Assembly (NCBI GenBank): GCA_001816585.1
Contig: MHCJ01000003.1
Span: 426,971-490,970, forward strand
Direction: 5' to 3'
Length of the DNA: 64,000 bases
DNA from: Candidatus Chisholmbacteria bacterium RIFCSPHIGHO2_01_FULL_52_32
Lineage (GTDB): Bacteria; Patescibacteriota; Microgenomatia; UBA1400; Chisholmbacteraceae
Under the pieces are notes generated by a model. That model ran no database searches, was not told the DNA's origin, and saw only the letters and a list, made by a program, of their open reading frames with translations. Position numbers and translations under genes: made by a program. Shown piece by piece: positions 53,918 to 63,117 of the stretch (positions are counted from its first letter, which is position 1; every line of letters starts with the position of its first letter).

Positions 53918-56147
53918 GCCGCCCAGATGGAACCATTGTACCACGCAAGCTGTAGAGGACCTGATGTATTTCAATCCCGGTCCCGTCGAGGGTCGCGGTC
54001 CACCCGGGATAGTAGGTGTCTGAGAGAACGAGCATCCCACCGGTTTGGCTGTCCACAAGGATCCCAACCTCATTTTCACGGTATTCCATGATCGAGGCGG
54101 ATTGGTTCACGTCCTCCTTTTTCATTGAAAATGCCTGTTCAAGGGACTGTCTTTCGGAGTTCGGCACAACATAGTTTGGGATCAGGAATGCGCGCGGGAA
54201 CGCTTGGTTATTTTTGTAGACCCTGGTTTCTCCTTCCTGAAATACCTTCTCAAGCTTGGGGTGCAAAAGATCCGTCAGACTGACGACATACTTTACGTTC
54301 AGAAGATCAACGATCGGCGATGCATAGTTGTCCGGCCGGATAATGCGATGGAAAGGGGTCGGTTCAAGGGTGGGCTCTCCTTTCTGCGAAGACGCTATTA
54401 ACTGGCCGAAGCGCCGGATATAGATCGGATCGTAACCCTCGAGCGTTTGGAATCGGTAGGGTATTGAAAAGTTCGGCGGGAAGATCCTGGCGTCCGTGGT
54501 GATGTAACGCCAGGGACTTTTGTCCTGAGCAAGAAAACGGACTGTTTCTGTTTGCGGGTAGAGGTAATCCTTATCCGAGAAAGGTGTGAATTTCCAAGAA
54601 AAGCGGAGAAGATCGGCAGAAGTGAGAATGAAAAGAACAATGAATAATGAATTATGAATTATGGTTTTGTTCTTTACCCTGAGCTTCACTAGATGCAAGG
54701 CGGCCATCAGGGTTATGCCGGCTGCGACAATAAGCATAGTCGGCAGAATGAGATTGCGCTGGGCCACTTTGAGGTTTTCGGCTGCCATATCTATTCCTGT
54801 CTTTCCGAACGTAAATACCCACAAGCCTCCGATTGTAGCTGCCGTTATCGACAATGCGATGAGCAGATGACGATTCAATCCCTTTCCTGCTCTTAAGTCT
54901 TTGAAGAATCTGTCGAGCCCAAAGGCGGCAAGGAGCGCCAAGCACAAATCAACAATCATCATCAACCGCGAAGGCTGTGCCGTTGAGATCAACGGAAGGT
55001 TCAATTGAAAAGGAATCCTTGAAAGCGGGTTTGATAGAGCAAAGATCAATGACAGAACCAATGCACAGATAAAGAATTTTTCTTGAAATGATTTCTTTCC
55101 TGAGGATGTGAATAATGCGGTCAGCGCGAATGCCAAAGGTATCATCCCAACATACCCGATGAACTCCGTGTAATTAAAAGCGCCCCAATAATTGAGTGTT
55201 GCAGGATTACCAAAAAAATCGGGGGCAACAAACTGCACTAGATTCTGCCATGGTAAAAACCAGTCCTGTCTCATCAACACGTCCCCCTGATCGATTTCCC
55301 GCGCAGAGTATCGCAGAAGTTTTGCGGTCGGAACCCACTGAACCGCAGTCAATGCCCCCACCGCGATCACGACCAGAGAAAGTTTGAGGATGGTTGTCTT
55401 TCTTCCGGACAGCCACAGCCTAACTCCTGCGTAGGCAAGAATCACGACAATAGCGTAAAAGGAAGTCTGCAAGAATCCGGCAAAAAGGATGCTTACCAGT
55501 GCAAAAGCAAGCGTTAGGTACCAAATCAGCCTTTCTTGCTTTACGATCCGTTCAATCCCAAGGAGTGCAAGCGGTACCCAGACGAGCGTATGAAGCGTCG
55601 TGTTCCACTCGAGCCAAGCGACTGAAAAGCCGCTCAATGCGAGCGAAAGGGAGGCAATGGAAGCGGCTTTCTTGGAAACACCAATGTCGGTTAGGAAGGC
55701 AAACAGAAAAAGAGCAAGCAGAAGAGGTTGCAGGATGACTTCGATGCTCCAAGCGGTTGGAAATGGCAAGAGAAAAAAGAGGATATTGAGCGGATAAAAA
55801 AGGGCGGTTTGGATGTTTGCCGCAAGCGGCGTGCCGGCATGGGTATAGGGATTCCACCCCGGGTATTGTCCGCTTTTGAGGAGGTCTATCGCGAGCTCAC
55901 GCCAGGGATACTGCTGTCTAATGGCATCGGTGATGAGGAAATTCTTGAAGGGAACTCCTGCCGTGAGCCCTTTCCACACCACGTCTCGAAAGGGATGATA
56001 CATTCCAACGATGGTATCCGCAGGAATGGGAAGCTTTCCTTTCATCCAGGCTGGTGAAAAAAATATGAATATCGGAAGTAGTAACAGAAAAAGGTAGATC
56101 CCTTTGTTTCGTGTGCGCCTTGCCACTGCTCTCCTGATTTTACTCAA
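53886..56147 (-). CDS. YfhO-family-like polytopic membrane glycosyltransferase (GT-C) with C-terminal extracytoplasmic domain
   Basis: 753 aa. ITDAIRQQYPWRE...GQYPGWNPYTHAGTPLAANIQTALFYPLN resembles the YfhO D..QQY-P...P.WNP..G.P N-terminal loop signature as I recall it. About 13 TM helices. Confidence 0.5.
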   Translation of the reverse strand: MSKIRRAVARRTRNKGIYLFLLLLPIFIFFSPAWMKGKLPIPADTIVGMYHPFRDVVWKGLTAGVPFKNFLITDAIRQQYPWRELAIDLLKSGQYPGWNPYTHAGTPLAANIQTALFYPLNILFFLLPFPTAWSIEVILQPLLLALFLFAFLTDIGVSKKAASIASLSLALSGFSVAWLEWNTTLHTLVWVPLALLGIERIVKQERLIWYLTLAFALVSILFAGFLQTSFYAIVVILAYAGVRLWLSGRKTTILKLSLVVIAVGALTAVQWVPTAKLLRYSAREIDQGDVLMRQDWFLPWQNLVQFVAPDFFGNPATLNYWGAFNYTEFIGYVGMIPLAFALTALFTSSGKKSFQEKFFICALVLSLIFALSNPLSRIPFQLNLPLISTAQPSRLMMIVDLCLALLAAFGLDRFFKDLRAGKGLNRHLLIALSITAATIGGLWVFTFGKTGIDMAAENLKVAQRNLILPTMLIVAAGITLMAALHLVKLRVKNKTIIHNSLFIVLFILTSADLLRFSWKFTPFSDKDYLYPQTETVRFLAQDKSPWRYITTDARIFPPNFSIPYRFQTLEGYDPIYIRRFGQLIASSQKGEPTLEPTPFHRIIRPDNYASPIVDLLNVKYVVSLTDLLHPKLEKVFQEGETRVYKNNQAFPRAFLIPNYVVPNSERQSLEQAFSMKKEDVNQSASIMEYRENEVGILVDSQTGGMLVLSDTYYPGWTATLDGTGIEIHQVLYSLRGTMVPSGRHEILYRYSEL
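54640..54667. repeat. Heptanucleotide array (ATGAATA/ATGAATT) x3-4 inside the YfhO-like CDS
   Basis: atgaata atgaatt atgaatt atggttt. It shares a 21-23 nt identity with the 30457..30477 array. Confidence 0.7.
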
Positions 56148-56746
56148 CCTATTGTTACCGAAAAAGATTGAAGGCGTTCCTTTAACTGGGCCAAGTCTTT
56201 GTAAAGAATCGCTTTCATTCCGGCAGATTTGGCGACTTCTACAAATTTTTCAACATCATCAATAAAAAGACACTCATGGGGTTTGACTCTGAGTTTCTTT
56301 GCCGCCAGGAGAAAAATCTCTTTCTCGTCTTTTGTCATTTTCACTTCATTGGAGAGAATGGTAACGTCAAATTCTTCCAATATTCCAAGCCTTCGGAGTA
56401 TGGGGACATGCTCATTGGTGGTATTTGTAATCACTCCTAATTTGTACCGTTTTAGGGAAGCGACCAAACCCATCATCTCAAGGTCAACGCTTACCAACTT
56501 TTCGTAATCATTAATCCATGCCTTTAACAGGTCGTTTACGGACATTTCTTTTTTATACTTTTTGGCTAATATTTGCATAACCTGTCGAGCGGTCATCGCC
56601 CCCTTACTCCAAGGTATGAGTTCTCTATTCAGATCCAGCCAAAATTGTTTTTTGTCAGAAGGTTTGAGAATTGCAAGAGTCCTATTGAGAAGCGGTTTCC
56701 AATCTATTATCACCCCTCCGAGGTCGAAGATAATTGCTTTGATCAT
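56144..56746 (-). CDS. HAD-superfamily hydrolase (subfamily IA; putative sugar-phosphatase)
   Basis: MIKAIIFDLGGVII (motif I DxG), LGVITNT and FIDD. Confidence 0.7.
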   Translation of the reverse strand: MIKAIIFDLGGVIIDWKPLLNRTLAILKPSDKKQFWLDLNRELIPWSKGAMTARQVMQILAKKYKKEMSVNDLLKAWINDYEKLVSVDLEMMGLVASLKRYKLGVITNTTNEHVPILRRLGILEEFDVTILSNEVKMTKDEKEIFLLAAKKLRVKPHECLFIDDVEKFVEVAKSAGMKAILYKDLAQLKERLQSFSVTIG

Positions 56747-57831
56747 GGCTGCCCGTAGCTTCTATCGTCTAACAAAGCGACGAACTTTTCGCAGAATGTC
56801 TGTTTTGAAAATTTCCCACTCGTCTCAATGGCATTCCGGGAAAGATTGTCCGTAAGCGTTTGGTCCTTCATCAATCGAAATGTCTTTTGTTTGAGTTCAT
56901 CGACTGTTTCCCAAAGCAAACCGTTCTCCCCGTCCGTCACGATTTCCGGTTGACCGCCTTTGTTGATAACGACCGGAATGCACCCGGCACTCATTGCCTC
57001 GGCGGTTGCGATACCGAAGTGCTCAACCCGTTCCGGGTGTTTTTGTTGATCCACCCCAAACCCAGCGGCGTGCCAGAAGAGTTTTGCCTTGCCATACGCT
57101 CCTTCGAGCGCCTCGTGAGAGACGTCCGGGGTGATTGTTATCGGATAACCACTGGCATCTTGAAGTAATTTTTCGAGAAGCGTTTTTCCCTCTTTGCTGC
57201 TTCCGACGAGGTGAAGTTCCCAACCGCTTAGGCCGGTGTCAACCATTTCCTTAAATGCGGCGACCAGGACATCCTGCCTCTTGTGATGGAGCGTTTCGGT
57301 AAACCTCCCGACGGAGAGAATGATGTTTTGTTTCTTTGTTTTCTTAGGCGAGATGTTGAGCGGTGGGTAGAGGATTTCGGAACGGACGTCATATTCCTTA
57401 TCGATTACCCTTTTTGTGAAGAGCGAATTGCAGATGATGTGGTGGATGTAGCTTAATTTGATGTGGTTTAAGATCGAGGTTCCATGAACATTGGTGAAGG
57501 GAATTTGGAAATGGAGGATGTTGTTTTTGGAGAATAATGGGGGAATGCTTCCGTCGCTTAAAAAAAAGACCACATCGTATCGGTGGGTTAATTGTCTTTT
57601 TTGAAGCCATTGTCCTCTTTTCGAAAAGAGCTCGTACCCCTTTGTATCTATGACGATTGGGTCGATGTTGATCCCCAGGAATTTCTTGATTGTTTTTTTG
57701 ATGGTCTCATCTTTCCAAAAGAGGTTCACCTGAAAGCCCTGTTTCAGTAAGCATTCAATCACGGAAGATGTATAGACTTCTCCCCCGCCGATTGTATCGA
57801 GATATGGATCGAAAACAGCTGCTTTCTTCAC
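56743..57831 (-). CDS. Glycosyltransferase family 1/4
   Basis: AAVFDPYLDTIGGGEVY; C-terminal EHFGIATAEAMSAGCIPVVINKGGQPEIV. Confidence 0.75.
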   Translation of the reverse strand: MKKAAVFDPYLDTIGGGEVYTSSVIECLLKQGFQVNLFWKDETIKKTIKKFLGINIDPIVIDTKGYELFSKRGQWLQKRQLTHRYDVVFFLSDGSIPPLFSKNNILHFQIPFTNVHGTSILNHIKLSYIHHIICNSLFTKRVIDKEYDVRSEILYPPLNISPKKTKKQNIILSVGRFTETLHHKRQDVLVAAFKEMVDTGLSGWELHLVGSSKEGKTLLEKLLQDASGYPITITPDVSHEALEGAYGKAKLFWHAAGFGVDQQKHPERVEHFGIATAEAMSAGCIPVVINKGGQPEIVTDGENGLLWETVDELKQKTFRLMKDQTLTDNLSRNAIETSGKFSKQTFCEKFVALLDDRSYGQP

Positions 57832-58667
57832 GGCTTTCTTGCTACTGCAACGATGAGGGCAGCATAGGTATAGGGAGAAATACTGTTTAACAACCTTTTT
57901 GCCATTCTTCCGAACCCATTGAGTTCAAAAATCTTTCCGCTATGGCTTATAAGTTTTGGAAAGTCCAGCCAAAGCGCGATGCTTCTCTCTTTTGAAAGAT
58001 CGTCTTTCGGATAAATCCTGATATTAATAAAACCGGCATCCTTCATAAACGCGAGGAGCTCGTTTTTCGTGTAGCGATATTCGTAAAATCGCATTTTTGG
58101 TTGCTGCCTGTTGTTCCGCAATCCGAGGGCCTCAACCATCAATCGCGCAGGAGTTTTTATAATGGTTTTTACTTGGTTTAAGGTACGAACACATCTACGG
58201 AGGAAAGAATCAAACGGCACTTCTATAATCGCCGTTCCGCCACGGCGCAGGACACGATACGCTTCTCCAAGCGCCTTTTGCGGTCCTTCCTCAAAATGTT
58301 CAACCACCCCCAAGGAAAGGTAGGAATCGAACGACCCATCGGGATAGGGAAGGGCTTTAATATCCGCCTTCTCCACTTTTGCCTGTTTGAAAAAGGCCTT
58401 CAGCTTTTTTATGGCGTAATCGTTTGCGTCAGCCCCTTCGATGTTATAACCCTGTTTGGCAAGGGTTATTACCCACTTTCCCATCCCACAGCCGGCTTCA
58501 AGGATCTTTCCTCTTTTTGACAAGTACTTTTCAAAAATGGGCTTGAGCCCATCGGTGTCTACGAGTTCCAGTTCCTGATCTAAAGAAGTCTTTTTCCAGT
58601 AGGCGTCCCACTCCTTGCCGATATCCGGAATATACTGCTTAAAGCTCATCGGAAATCTCCCTGTCAA
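57828..58667 (-). CDS. Class I SAM-dependent methyltransferase
   Basis: ILEAGCGMGKW; SLGVVEHF; LRRGGTAIIEVP. Confidence 0.8.
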   Translation of the reverse strand: MTGRFPMSFKQYIPDIGKEWDAYWKKTSLDQELELVDTDGLKPIFEKYLSKRGKILEAGCGMGKWVITLAKQGYNIEGADANDYAIKKLKAFFKQAKVEKADIKALPYPDGSFDSYLSLGVVEHFEEGPQKALGEAYRVLRRGGTAIIEVPFDSFLRRCVRTLNQVKTIIKTPARLMVEALGLRNNRQQPKMRFYEYRYTKNELLAFMKDAGFINIRIYPKDDLSKERSIALWLDFPKLISHSGKIFELNGFGRMAKRLLNSISPYTYAALIVAVARKP

Positions 58668-59445
58668 GGTCCTGGTACGTTTTTTTCATGGTCTTTTCCT
58701 GTTGCATTTCCCACAACCATACCATGATGAGGAATTGATTGAAGGCCTGATACAGTATTTCGATCCATCCTCTGATCCCGTCGCGCCAGCCACTTTCCTT
58801 GACTCCCCGAAACCAGAGCTCGCGAAAGGGAGCAGTAAGAAGATGTCGAATCTTTACCATTGGATGCTCTTCCTTCAGACGAAGCTCAGCCTCAAGTTGC
58901 GTATAACGGATCGTCTTCTCAAGCATCCAGAGAATGCCTCTGTGGGTGAAGTGGAGAAGTTCGCCTTTGAGCGTCCCCACCGATCCTTCAACATTTGGGT
59001 GTTCGTGGAGTTCTCCGGCCCAACCCTTGAATGCCTGTTTTTCTATGAGTCGATGTTGATCATCCGGATACCACCCGCCATAGCGAAGCCACCTCCCCAA
59101 GATCATGTTTTTGTGGGGAATGCGGTAAGACCGATACAAAGACTCTTTCTGTTTTAACAGGGCTTGGATCTCTTCCCGCAATTCTTTTGAGACGCGTTCA
59201 TCCGCATCAACATAGAAGATCCACTCACCCTTTGCTTCTTTCGCACCTACATCCCGTTGTTTGGGAAATCCCTGCCAAGGCGTACGTATAATCTTTGCCC
59301 CTTTCGTCTTTGCGATCTCAAGTGTCCTGTCCGTTGACCCTGCGTCCACAACAACGATCTCATCCGTCCATGAAAGCGACTGCAGGCATCCAGGAAGAAA
59401 TCCTTCCTCGTTGAGGGTGAGAACGATTGCAGAAATAGCTTTCAT
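58639..59445 (-). CDS. Glycosyltransferase family 2
   Basis: ISAIVLTLNEEGFLPGCLQSL...IVVVDAGSTDRT...FYVDADE. Confidence 0.8.
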   Translation of the reverse strand: MKAISAIVLTLNEEGFLPGCLQSLSWTDEIVVVDAGSTDRTLEIAKTKGAKIIRTPWQGFPKQRDVGAKEAKGEWIFYVDADERVSKELREEIQALLKQKESLYRSYRIPHKNMILGRWLRYGGWYPDDQHRLIEKQAFKGWAGELHEHPNVEGSVGTLKGELLHFTHRGILWMLEKTIRYTQLEAELRLKEEHPMVKIRHLLTAPFRELWFRGVKESGWRDGIRGWIEILYQAFNQFLIMVWLWEMQQEKTMKKTYQDLDREISDEL

Positions 59446-61151
59446 CTGACTACGAAAATTGTACTCATTGCATTGCTAAATATTTTGCTTATAGGAAAGC
59501 CATCTTTCTCCAGTTCCTCGAGCATCGCCGTATCACCTTTGGAATCGCTGTAGATATGAGTAATTTTAGCATCTTTCAGTATTCTTTCTCTCCTGTCGAC
59601 AGGAGTCTCTGGGGAAAAAAATTCTTCCACCGCTTCCAGGCGATATTGATATGGGGTGTCGGTTAAAACTGCGAACGTTTCTCCGGAAAAATAGGTCCTT
59701 CGTCCTCCGAGTCCCGGAATCTTCATGAGGTAGCGATGCTGACTGGAAATCGGGGTTAATACGACACTTTCCTCAGGCAGTGTGTTGACAAATTGCATCG
59801 CCTCTACTTCTTTAATCGGGACTGTGACTGATTCTTCCTGATTTGCCAAAATAAATGTCTTGATTGTAGTCGGGATGGAGAGGATAAACAGCAGGATAAG
59901 AAGCGCAGTATGGGGTTTCTTTTCCGTTATTTCGACAACGAGCAGAATGCTGAGTAACATGAGCGCGTAGGGGCTGAACTGGATGGTGTTGTACACCGAG
60001 ACCGGCTGGACGAATAGGAGAGGAATTCCCAGAGAAAAGACAACAGCACCGATAAGGAAGAAATCCATCGTTGATGCCCTTGAGAATCTTAAAATTTTCT
60101 TGCCAATCCAGATAAACGCAAGAATCCTTACCCCCAAATTTCCGACTAGATAAAGGCCGAATTCTTCAAGATTGATCTGAATAAATCGCGGTATGTTCCC
60201 CGCTGCCGTGTAATGTTGGTAGAGTTGGGTAAGGTGCTCGTTGTAAAAACGACCGCTGTCTTCCACCATCCTTCTTAAGATCCATCCGGGAAGGAAAAGA
60301 AGCGGCGGTTTTGTTGTTGAAGAAGTCCAGAGGGTAAAGCCAAGAAATAGCCCGGTTGCAATCAGCGTCGGCAAGAGCATCTTCCGACTTCGCCGTAGTA
60401 CCAGTTCCGGAACAAGCGCCGTCCAAAGTGCTCCGACCGCCACAATTCCGGCATATGCCTTTACTGCTGTTGAGAGTCCGAGGAGCAGACCGGAAAATAT
60501 GGCGTCGTTCTTTCGCCCATCCTGCACGAAGCGGTGGAGAATGCTCACGCCAAACAGGAAGATTGAGAATCCCAGTACCGTATGCACATTGGTCAGCTGG
60601 TCAAACGGCTGATCGAGCATGAATGAGTTCGCAAACCATGGCGTGTTTTTTCCGAGGAGAAGCGGTATCGTGTAGGCTGCACTGCCGCCGAACACCGTAA
60701 ACGCCGCTCCCGTAAGTCCCTTCCATGTTGATTTTGTCAGGCGTTTTGCCAACATGAACGCGGAGAGCGCAAAGAGGAAGGCAACTACGGGTGGAGCAAG
60801 ATACATGTAGACCGTCTCGACCGATAGGCCACTGCCCTGATGCACCAGCATCAAGATGAAGTCCGAAAGAAAGTGGTAGTTCAAAAGCGGTACACCAGCC
60901 ATTCCCGGGTTTTGCGGTGGGAACGACCTTGCCAGTTCATGGATCACGGCGAAGTGCCAGAGCGTATCGTGAAGCATCGGGATGTGTATTCCGTCTCCTT
61001 TAAACCAAGCGCCGGAGAGGAAATGCCAACTCTGGGAGAGGCTTGCTACAAGCAAAAACACACCAACAGAAAGGTGTTCGATCCATCTTTGTCTTTGGTT
61101 CCCTTTTTGATTACTCGTTGATTTTGGAGATGATGATCGATTCATTTTCAA
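59442..61151 (-). CDS. Large polytopic membrane protein, uncharacterised family (putative GT-C-like), paralog 1
   Basis: 569 aa. Loop motif MLHDTLWHFAVIHELARSFPPQNPGMAGVPLLNYHFLSDF. Multi-TM N-terminus plus a C-terminal soluble domain. Confidence 0.4.
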   Translation of the reverse strand: MKMNRSSSPKSTSNQKGNQRQRWIEHLSVGVFLLVASLSQSWHFLSGAWFKGDGIHIPMLHDTLWHFAVIHELARSFPPQNPGMAGVPLLNYHFLSDFILMLVHQGSGLSVETVYMYLAPPVVAFLFALSAFMLAKRLTKSTWKGLTGAAFTVFGGSAAYTIPLLLGKNTPWFANSFMLDQPFDQLTNVHTVLGFSIFLFGVSILHRFVQDGRKNDAIFSGLLLGLSTAVKAYAGIVAVGALWTALVPELVLRRSRKMLLPTLIATGLFLGFTLWTSSTTKPPLLFLPGWILRRMVEDSGRFYNEHLTQLYQHYTAAGNIPRFIQINLEEFGLYLVGNLGVRILAFIWIGKKILRFSRASTMDFFLIGAVVFSLGIPLLFVQPVSVYNTIQFSPYALMLLSILLVVEITEKKPHTALLILLFILSIPTTIKTFILANQEESVTVPIKEVEAMQFVNTLPEESVVLTPISSQHRYLMKIPGLGGRRTYFSGETFAVLTDTPYQYRLEAVEEFFSPETPVDRRERILKDAKITHIYSDSKGDTAMLEELEKDGFPISKIFSNAMSTIFVVR

Positions 61152-63057
61152 AGACTTTTGTGAGGGTTAATCCATTAGGATTGAAGGCTCGATTTTCTTC
61201 TTGTGTGAGCAGAAGATAATCGATTGAGTTGGTATCGACGATTCTGTTTCGTAACCCAGGATCGGAGTTACGGAAAAAGGATCGGAGCTCTGCTTCTCTT
61301 CCCTCGTAATCCTCTCCGGTGATCCGAGAGAAGGTGTTGGCGGAGAAATAGGTCGGTCGCTCTGATAACGCCGCAACCAGGGCCGAGGAGAGATTGATCT
61401 TTGACGGATAGAGAAGGATTATGCTTTCAGGAGGGGTCTCCTTCTTTAGGTAATCGAACGCTTCGAGGGTTAAACGGGGGACGAGAAACGGTTGATCGTT
61501 GAAGCGATCCACAATGCTGGTTGCATTCGAGGGAACTGACAAAACAAGAAGGATAATCGAAAGAGCAATCGCAAGCTTGCCGTTGGTTGCTTGAAGAATC
61601 TGTTTCAGGATGAGTACGGTGAATATGGAAAGCATCACTAACGAGTAGGGTCCGAACTGGATAATGTCATATGACATCCTTCCTTGATTGAAAAGCAACG
61701 GCAATGACAGTGAAGCTGTGGTTACCGTGAGCATGAATATTCCCGCGAGAGAGGGTCTTTTTACAATCACAATCACGTATACGAGGCCGAGTGTTTTCAC
61801 CCAAAGGTTACCAAAGAGAAATATCAGCATTTGCTTGAAGTTTACAATCGCCAATCGTAAGACGTTATGGGTTGCCTGGTAGTGCTGTTCTAATAAGAAA
61901 TACCTGGGGACATTGTAGCGGTCCGGATCCTCGACCATCCGCTTCAATAGCCAACCGGGTACCCAGACGAGTCCGGCGGCAGTTTTTGCATCATAAACGG
62001 GAATGAAAATAACCGCAGAAACGAACCCGGCGAGAAACCAAACTCCCCACAAATCATGGCGTTTGTTTTTCAGTGACATCCACAGCGCTGCGATAGGCAA
62101 GGCAAGTAGCATGATGATCCCTCCCCAAGCCTTAAAGCCGATTATGACGCCGAAGGTAATCGCCGTGAGCATCAAGATTACCATGTTTCTTTTCTTTTCC
62201 AAAATCATCAGTCCCAAAAGACCAGCAAGCATCAATGGAAAAACGACAACCGCATGGGGATTCTGCATGAGATCGACAATGGGATCCAACATGAACGTAT
62301 TCGCTGAAGGATGGAATTCCGGGCCCCGGAAAAATTGCAGAGCCCATGAGGCATTCCCCGCAAAAAGAGTCAGGATGACTGCGGCATTGGCGAGCCATTC
62401 TGAGCGGCTGAGGCGCCGTGCAACCACAAATACGCTGAGGCTTAAGAATGCTGAGACAGCAGCAGGGGTAAGCCGATAGTACAGCTCGAATGTCGATAAC
62501 GGAAGGTAACGTGCCATCGATGCCAGGGTGAGGTCAAGCAGGAAGTGATAATTCTTTACGAGTACGGGTGCAAATCCAGGATGTCGCGGGGGGAAATTTT
62601 GTTTTAATTCATCGATGAGGAAGATATGCCATGTCGAGTCATGGAGGCTCAACTGTCCAAATTGGAGTCCTTGGGCCGTCCAAACCCCGCTTCGGAAAAG
62701 GACTTGTCCCTGGATTACGATCCCCACAATGGCAAGGATAAGGAAAGCAACTTGTGCTTTCGCTAGTGATCTTGTCCTCGGCTTCCACTCCTTAAGCCAT
62801 CGCCCTCCTTCAACAAAACCAAGCATGAAGAACGGTAACTCGGCAACCCAGAATGGTAGTCCAAGGAAGCGGATGAGAAAGATCAACAGCACATAGCAAA
62901 CAAATCCGAATGTAGTTCCAAGGAATATCCGCTCTGTTACCCGCAGGTTGATGGTCTTTGGGAGAAGCCGCATACCAGGCAAGAGCCAGATCATTACGGC
63001 GAACAGACCCGCCAGAAGAGCGTTGGTTAGCGTAAGGATTAGGTTTTCTCCGAGCAT
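61111..63057 (-). CDS. Large polytopic membrane protein, uncharacterised family (putative GT-C-like), paralog 2
   Basis: Loop motif LSLHDSTWHIFLIDELKQNFPPRHPGFAPVLVKNYHFLLDL. I chose the ATG at 63057 (MLGENLIL) to avoid a 117-nt divergent overlap with the + gene at 63118; the track start is 63234. Confidence 0.4.
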   Translation of the reverse strand: MLGENLILTLTNALLAGLFAVMIWLLPGMRLLPKTINLRVTERIFLGTTFGFVCYVLLIFLIRFLGLPFWVAELPFFMLGFVEGGRWLKEWKPRTRSLAKAQVAFLILAIVGIVIQGQVLFRSGVWTAQGLQFGQLSLHDSTWHIFLIDELKQNFPPRHPGFAPVLVKNYHFLLDLTLASMARYLPLSTFELYYRLTPAAVSAFLSLSVFVVARRLSRSEWLANAAVILTLFAGNASWALQFFRGPEFHPSANTFMLDPIVDLMQNPHAVVVFPLMLAGLLGLMILEKKRNMVILMLTAITFGVIIGFKAWGGIIMLLALPIAALWMSLKNKRHDLWGVWFLAGFVSAVIFIPVYDAKTAAGLVWVPGWLLKRMVEDPDRYNVPRYFLLEQHYQATHNVLRLAIVNFKQMLIFLFGNLWVKTLGLVYVIVIVKRPSLAGIFMLTVTTASLSLPLLFNQGRMSYDIIQFGPYSLVMLSIFTVLILKQILQATNGKLAIALSIILLVLSVPSNATSIVDRFNDQPFLVPRLTLEAFDYLKKETPPESIILLYPSKINLSSALVAALSERPTYFSANTFSRITGEDYEGREAELRSFFRNSDPGLRNRIVDTNSIDYLLLTQEENRAFNPNGLTLTKVFENESIIISKINE

Positions 63058-63117
63058 TTCTCCTGCTATTATAAACAACTGTTGGCCGATTGAGTGAGAG
63101 GTTTTTGAAGCAAAGTT
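63058..63117. promoter_or_regulatory. Divergent intergenic region at the head of the 41-kb minus-strand gene block; TATTATAAA element
   Basis: 60 nt between the divergent ATGs at 63057 (-) and 63118 (+). Confidence 0.25.
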
